A stretch of DNA of 55,157 bases from the NCBI GenBank assembly GCA_013265495.1, contig MU057597.1, forward strand, positions 1 to 55,157, read 5' to 3'. The notes beneath the pieces are model-generated. The model had not been told where the DNA came from. It made no database searches and was given only the letters and a program-made list of their open reading frames with translations. The translations under genes were made by a program, and so were the position numbers. Shown here piece after piece: positions 48,727 to 55,157 of this stretch; positions within the stretch are counted from its first letter, which is position 1; the number at the start of each line of letters is the position of its first letter. Source of the stretch: Vicugna vicugna. Its lineage: Eukaryota.

Positions 48727-49009
48727 TACTGCTAAAAAGGCCAACCATCGTGTGAGCCTTCAGTGAGTCACAGCAGGCACACTTAATGATCACTGGTAAC
48801 ACATCACAGTAACAAATACAACAACAATGAAAAAGTCTGGAACACTGCGAGAACTACCAAAATGAGACAGAGACACGAACTGACCGAGCACAGTTGGAAA
48901 AATGGCGCCAAATACTTACTTCACGGTGGGTTGCCACAAACCTTCAGCAGGTAAAACCATGGGATCTGTGAAACACAGTAAGGCGAAGAGCAGTAAAAAG
49001 GTGTCCCTG
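48727..49009 (+). mobile_element. Tigger2-like DNA transposon 3' fragment
   Basis: gagacacgaa...gttggaaaaatggcgcc...gggttgccacaaaccttca resembles the Tigger2/MER28 end. Confidence 0.75.
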
Positions 49010-49314
49010 GATAGCTGTTACAGGAAGATGCCATAACCACAATTACACATGACAGCAAATCAGCTACAAATGGAGAAAGACGCTCATGAAGTTAACTACA
49101 GACATGAGTGGCTGAAGGGTGTGGAGAACGTGCCTTGTTCGTGTAGCCACGTGCCTAAGTTCTCTCTGCAGCCAGATGACGCGGACCAAAGCCGGATTCA
49201 GCCACTTCCTTGGATGGGATTTTTTTTTTTTTTCCTGGTCCTAAGTTCCTTCACCTGGGAAGTAAGAAAAAGCATGGGTACTTATTTCAGAGTTGAAAAT
49301 TCAATAAGGTACTG

Positions 49315-50035
49315 TGCTGCATCCAGTGCAGCTCGGGACCGTGTCTGAGGACGGGCGACGCAAGACTTAAGGAACAAAGAGACAGAGTAAAGAGCAAAGA
49401 TGGGACCAGGGGACTCAGGATCTCGTGGATCTAGAGCGCCCGAAAGCCTGGTTGACATCATATTTATTAGGAGTATACAGCTCAGGAAAAAATGCAGTCA
49501 AAGAGGTGGGGCTTCAGATGTTCCATGTCTCAGGATTTCTCCTCACAAAATTTCACCTACTGTGTAAAACATTAAAACAAAGCAAGCATGTGCATTTTAA
49601 GCACGATAAGCACTAGGTTCTGCTTGCTGCTTAACTGATTATTTTCAGGCCTATCCCTCCTGGGAACAGTCACCCTCCTCGGGGTTTGCAAAATTTCTGA
49701 GTCTAGTCTATCTTGTTACTGCCTCCGGGACATCTCGAGGTAGCATCGCAAATACTTCCCTTGGGTTAAATCACATGCTTCCATGCCAGAGCAAAGTTCT
49801 GCTAATGGATGACCTGGCTTTCCAGGACTGACCACTGTTTTACCCTCAGGAAATACCTGCCCTCCTTCATACCCTTATGGTCAGTCTCAGGATTTCTCCT
49901 CACAAAATTTCATCTACTGTGTAAAACATTAAAACAAAGCAAGCATGTGCATTTTAAGCAAGTGAGTGTGAATACAATACTTTAGCTCATGGAAATGTAG
50001 GTGCGGCTTGTTTTCTAGTTGCTTGTTTCCCAGCA
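49315..50035 (-). mobile_element. ERVK-like solo LTR with internal ~77-bp duplication
   Basis: Collinear with 19561-20228; TG...CA; AATAAA on minus at 49463-49468; possible decayed TSD GTACTG/GCACTA. Confidence 0.85.
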
Positions 50036-51589
50036 GCACTATGCTTAAGGCATTAATTACAGTGACCCCACTTGAAATGTGATATAAAAGATTATATAAA
50101 TCAAATTTAAGATCAGTTACCAAAGATTTTTGGTGGGGAACAAATACTGGTTCAGTTGACATGCTCAAAGGAGCACAAATCTTATTTTCTCTGCAAGATG
50201 CTCTGGTTCTCAATGTGACTCCATCACTGGGAAAGGGCACTATGGCTTCCAGGCACTGGACAATGGAGAGTGTCTCCTTGTCACAACTGTAGTTGGAAGC
50301 TTGGCATCTTTCTACCACAGTCCTCGTTATATTTTCATTCCCTTCGCTTGTGTGCACGTGCAGCTCCACACACTTGATTTTCAAGCACCTGACCACAGCC
50401 AACTCCCACAAAACAGAGGTCAGGTCTCCACTGTGCCCTTTCCAGTCCTTTCACTGAACTGACCCCTAGAGGAGCACTCTCTCCTTGTGTCTTTCTGTGT
50501 TGTTGCATTATGTGCATTTTCATGTCACCAGAGTCTGAAAACAGTACACTGATTTATCTGTCCCTTAGAGTCAAACAAGGGAAACATATGTGGTGGGAAA
50601 ATGCAATGCTAAGGAAAAGCTATTAAAGAACACTTTATGCCATTAGAAAGTACACCAATTGACGTATTCCTAATACCGTCCTTTACAATGGAAATTTTAA
50701 TGTCTTTTGGGAGACTGCCCTTCTAGTACACGTGCTTGGTTATACTATCTAATGAACATTTCCGAACATTGCTTTTTACTCAACTAGTGAAAATATCATA
50801 GACAATGTATCTGAATAGTAGTAGTTGCCTGCACATTCAACAACCCTACTGAACAATGGAGCGTGTCTGTGCTGCCGGAAGAGAAATGTACTAAATTATT
50901 ACCATGAAGAAAAGCAGCGTGTGCTCTAATCAAGAAATCAGGTTTGAAGGGTAAACATTCAGTGTTGAATTTAACAGTCTGACTCCAGTTTGATGCTTGA
51001 CTACTGACAACTTTCAAGCCACAGCCTCTTCCTATTGGACTATCTGGACAAGCTGATAAAAAAGCCTGAGGACTTCCTCCTCTGATACCAAATGAAGTTC
51101 AGACCTTAAGTGGGTAACCTCCCCTGAGCTCCACCCAGTCACCATTCCCTGGTCTCTGAAACCATTTTCTTAACACTGTGAGAGTCTCTGCTGTCCCCTG
51201 GACACACTGAACGATGTGAGAAATGTTCTCATTCCCCTTCAATGTTAACATCGGTCTCAGCGACCAAACTGTGGGCAGGACTCCACCCCAACCCAGTGAA
51301 TGGCCGCAAGTGCACATGACCAACAGCAAAACATGTTTTGGGGGTGAATACATAAAATTTCTAGTTTATCAAACAAAAATGTTCCCATTGTATGTTGTTC
51401 ATTTTTAAGACAAAACTCATGAACACTGATTTTTTCGAACTGTTTCACTGAGCAAGCACAAAAGAGACATTTCATGATTTAAAATGCTTCTAATATTTTG
51501 CAGATGCTTACTCTTCCCTTCACGTAAATCACAGTGGACCTCATGGGGTTTTTTTGAGCAAAAAAAAGGACAAAGAACCACAACTGATA

Positions 51590-52320
51590 TATGTGGATAA
51601 AAGGGAACCCTCCTACACTGCTGGTGTAAATGCAGTTTGTTGCAGCCATTGTGGAAAACAGTATGGAGATTCCTCAGAAGACTAAAAATAGACTTGCCCT
51701 ATGATCCAGCAATCCCACTCCTGGGCATATAGAGTTCCCCAGAGGGAACTCTAATTCAAAGAGACACATGCATTCTGATATTCATAGCAGCACTATTTAC
51801 AATAGCCAAGACATGGAAACAACATAAATGTCCATCGACAAATGAATGGATAAAGAAGCTGCCATCTATTTATACAATGGAATACTACTCAGCTATAAAA
51901 AAGAACAAAATGTCTTTTGCAGCAACACAGATGGACCTAGAGATTGTCATTCTAAGTGAAATAAGCCAGAAAGATAAAGAAAAATATCAAATGAAATCAC
52001 TTATATTTGGAATATAAAGAAAAAGACAAACTTACTTGCAAAACAGAAAGAGACTCTCAGAGAAGAAACTTGTGGTTCCTGGGGGAGAGGAGATAAATTG
52101 GGAGTTAGAGATTTGTAGATACTGATATATACAAAATAAACAACAAGTTCATGCTGTACAGCACAGGGGACTATAGTCAATATCTTGCAGGAACTTATGG
52201 AGAAAAAATATGAAAATGAATATATGTATGTTCATGTACAACTGAAGCATTGTGCTGTACACCAGAAATTGACACATTGTAAACTGACTATATACTTCAG
52301 TAAAAATAAATATTCAAAAA
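51590..52320 (+). mobile_element. L1 3' end
   Basis: ccctatgatccagcaatcccactcctgggcata...gtacaccagaaattgacacattgtaaactgacta plus A-rich tail. Confidence 0.9.
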
Positions 52321-52384
52321 TACTGAAATACTAGACATAACATTACATGAGAAGGGAAAGATTTATACAATGCAAGTTAAAATG

Positions 52385-53290
52385 ATGCTGAAAAAATGTA
52401 AATGCAAAGATATGCCAAGTCTATAGATTGGAAATCAGTATTGTCTAGAGTCAACACTACCACAGCAATCAACACATTCAAATCAATCCCTAGTGAAAAC
52501 CCAACAGCATTTTCCTGAAGAAACAGATAAATCCATCCTATGATTCACATCAAATCTCAAGAGACCCTGAATAGCAAAAATAAACTTGAAAAGAACAAAG
52601 CCAAAGGTCTCATGCTTCTTTACTTCAAAACTTATTCCAAAGCTACACTCATCAAAATAGTGCAGTTAAGGCATAAAGACAGAGGAACCACTGGAATAGA
52701 ACAGAGACATCAAAAATAAACTCTTGTGTGGCAGTTGGGGTATAGTTCACTGGTAGGGCTTGGGTTCAAACCCAAGAACCTCCACTAAAAATATAAGAAG
52801 TAAATAAATACCTAACATCCCCCACACAAAAAATAATAAAATAAAAAAATTTTAAATACACTCTTGTGTTTATGGGCAAATAGTGTTCCACAAGGGCATC
52901 AAGACCACTTAAAGGGGGAAGGGCCAGTCTGTTAACAAGGTGTTGAGAATACTGGGTAAGTACAAGCAAAAGAATTTAGTTGGACCATTATCCTGCACTG
53001 CAGACAAAAATTAACTCAAAATGCTCCTAATATCTAAACCCTAGACCACAATGTATAAAACTCCTAGAAGCAAACACAGGAAAAGATTCTGGATACTGGT
53101 TTCACCAATGATCGATCAGATGTAACAGCAAACGCACAGGCCCACAAAGTAAAAACAGACAAATTGGACCAAATCAAAATTATAAACTATTGCTCACTAG
53201 TAGAGCGAAAAAACAATCCATGGCATAGGAGAAAAGATCTGCAAATCACGTATCTGATGATACATTAGTACAAAGAGTATGTCAAGAACT
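52385..53290 (+). mobile_element. Old L1 ORF2 fragment shared with unit 1
   Basis: Reverse-complement counterpart of 16850-17640. Confidence 0.8.
52730..52853 (+). mobile_element. tRNA-derived SINE with TSD
   Basis: 16-bp TSD AAATA(A/C)ACTCTTGTGT at 52714-52729 and 52854-52869. Confidence 0.8.
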
Positions 53291-54611
53291 CTAAAAGGGT
53301 CTGATCACCAGCTCCACCATGGCAGGGGGCTACCCCAATTAACCATCCCACACATTGCAAATATAAAACAAAAACCCTAGGAGTAACAAAAAATAACAAC
53401 AAAAACAAAAAACCTCATGATAAATAAAACTCACAATCATTTACAAGGCAAAGACATGTACAAAATGAAAGCAGCAGTGCCGTAAACAAAACAAATGATG
53501 GTTCTTCCCTGAGGCACCACGCCACTTCATAATCTCTCGTTCAGACGCTTCAAAATCACACGTGCAGGCAGAACACACACACAGGTGATGGAACAGGGGG
53601 CATCGACAACAGTGTATGGAGTCAACAGCCTCACAGATGTGAGGATGTGAACTTGGGCACACCTGTCCCCAGGAGAAACTTCTATACTACTGATTGAGGC
53701 TCAAAGGGGATGGTCATTACTACAACACTGTCACGCGGCCCTTGAGACAGGCTTCTGTGACATTTCTCAAAGCAAAAAAACAAAACAAAACAAAACTGGA
53801 AAGACTTATAGGTCAAGGTCTATTGTGATGCTTTCTATCCCATATCCTAGAACACAGTGACCTCTCTGCTGAGTGGCTTCACGAGGCAGTGCCGCATGTA
53901 GCAGGAAAGCACTACAGCACACGAGAGAGGTTTTCTCCATCAAAACCTTCTGTTACCCAGCACTCCCACCCCACAGAGTCCACAAGACGTCGCCCACTAA
54001 ACATAGTTGGATTATCACAGCAAAGAAACGGAATTAAATTTCAGACCCTAGGACTACATACTTCAAAACAATTTAACAGGCAAAGTCATACAAACTAAGG
54101 AGAATGCACAATCACCAAAGGCCTGCACTCCCAGCCTGAGCAGAGCAGTACAAGACCAAGAAATGGAAGATATAAGGCTGAGGTCTTATGGGGCCCTGAA
54201 TGGGACCAGGTGCTCCACGCACAGATGCCAAAGTAAGAGCGTGAGAGAGTTGTACATGCTCCCCTTGTAAGATTAGGATCAAAAACAGGATCCCTCTGGA
54301 TCCCTCTGTCCACTGTCCTTACAATACTACAAGTAACACTCACAGAAGATCCCATCCACCTGGCTGAACACACCCCTGAAAAGAAGAATGTCTGAGGGAT
54401 GTCAACAAGCAGAGAGGACCTGAGACAGCTACGTCAGGTCCGGAGGTGCCAGATGGAACACAGAGCGGCTGAGTTTTCCAGAACGTCTTCTGATTACGTC
54501 TTCCGAGTCCGGGACCAAACCCGGACAGGCTCAGGGGCTGGACTCCACAGGTATCAGCTCTGATCTCTGTGGACCAAGAACTGAGCATCCTACAGGATCA
54601 AGTCCATTTGG

Positions 54612-55157
54612 GAGGAACTCTAATTCGAAAAGCTACATGCACCCCCGTGTTCATAAAAGCACTATATACAACAGCCTAGACATGGAAGCAACCTAACTGT
54701 CCACAGACAGATGACTGGATAAAGAAGCTGTGGTGTATTTATACAATGGAATACTACTCAGCCATAAAACAATAAAACAAAGCCATTTGCAGCAACATGG
54801 ATGGACCTGGAGATCGTCATTCTAAGTGAAGCCAGCCAGGAAGAGAAAGAAAAAGACCATATGATATCACTCATATGTGCACTCTTAAAAAAAGAAGAGA
54901 GGACACTAATAAAATGAACTCATCTACAAAACAGAAACAGACTTGCAGACACAGTAAACAGTCTTATGGTTACTGGGGTAAAAGGGGTGGGAAGACAGAA
55001 ATCTGGGAGTTTGAGATGTGCAAATGTTAACCACTATACATAAAAATAGATTAAAAAAAACTATAGCACAGGGAACTATATTCAATATCGTGTAATAACC
55101 TTTAACGAAAAAGAAAATGAAACTAATGTATGTATGTATACGCATGATTGGGATATT
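54612..55157 (+). mobile_element. L1 3' end (runs off the window)
   Basis: acatggaagcaacctaa...gcagcaacatggatggacctggagatcgtcattctaagtgaa. Confidence 0.9.

Larger units (their letters stand above)
49240..54600 (-). repeat. Inverted paralog (unit 3) of the post-KRAB-B region ~15200-21340
   Basis: Reverse-complement matches such as tgtgggagttggct-tg-tcaggtgcttgaaaatca, gccctttcccagtga, ccccctgccatggt and the shared old L1 junction. Confidence 0.85.

Overview
Mammalian genomic DNA, most likely camelid judging by Vic-1-like tRNA-derived SINEs, from a repeat-dense KRAB zinc-finger gene cluster resembling the human 19q13.41 ZNF28/ZNF816/ZNF611 type. All calls come from visual inspection; no searches were run. 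The window holds at least three paralogous gene units. Unit 1 (+) has a CpG promoter and exon 1 at ~1.3 kb, an ATG exon (9450-9545), a degenerate KRAB-A exon (14156-14270) and a frameshifted KRAB-B exon (14746-14878), but no recognisable C2H2 finger exon. Unit 2 (+) is a duplicated promoter and intron 1 at 24.7-37.1 kb, filled with nested ERV/LTR/L1 insertions and lacking coding exons. The third component is inverted paralogous sequence (44.2-45.5 kb and 49.2-54.6 kb). Retroelements include a betaretrovirus-like gag-dUTPase-pro provirus (2255-5242) with a tRNA-Trp PBS and two inverted U3 ends inside one TSD, an ERV1 provirus nested in a solo LTR, a decayed ERV1 pol, many L1 fragments, MaLR, MER5A, Tigger2, MIR and SINEs. 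No intact long protein-coding gene is visible.
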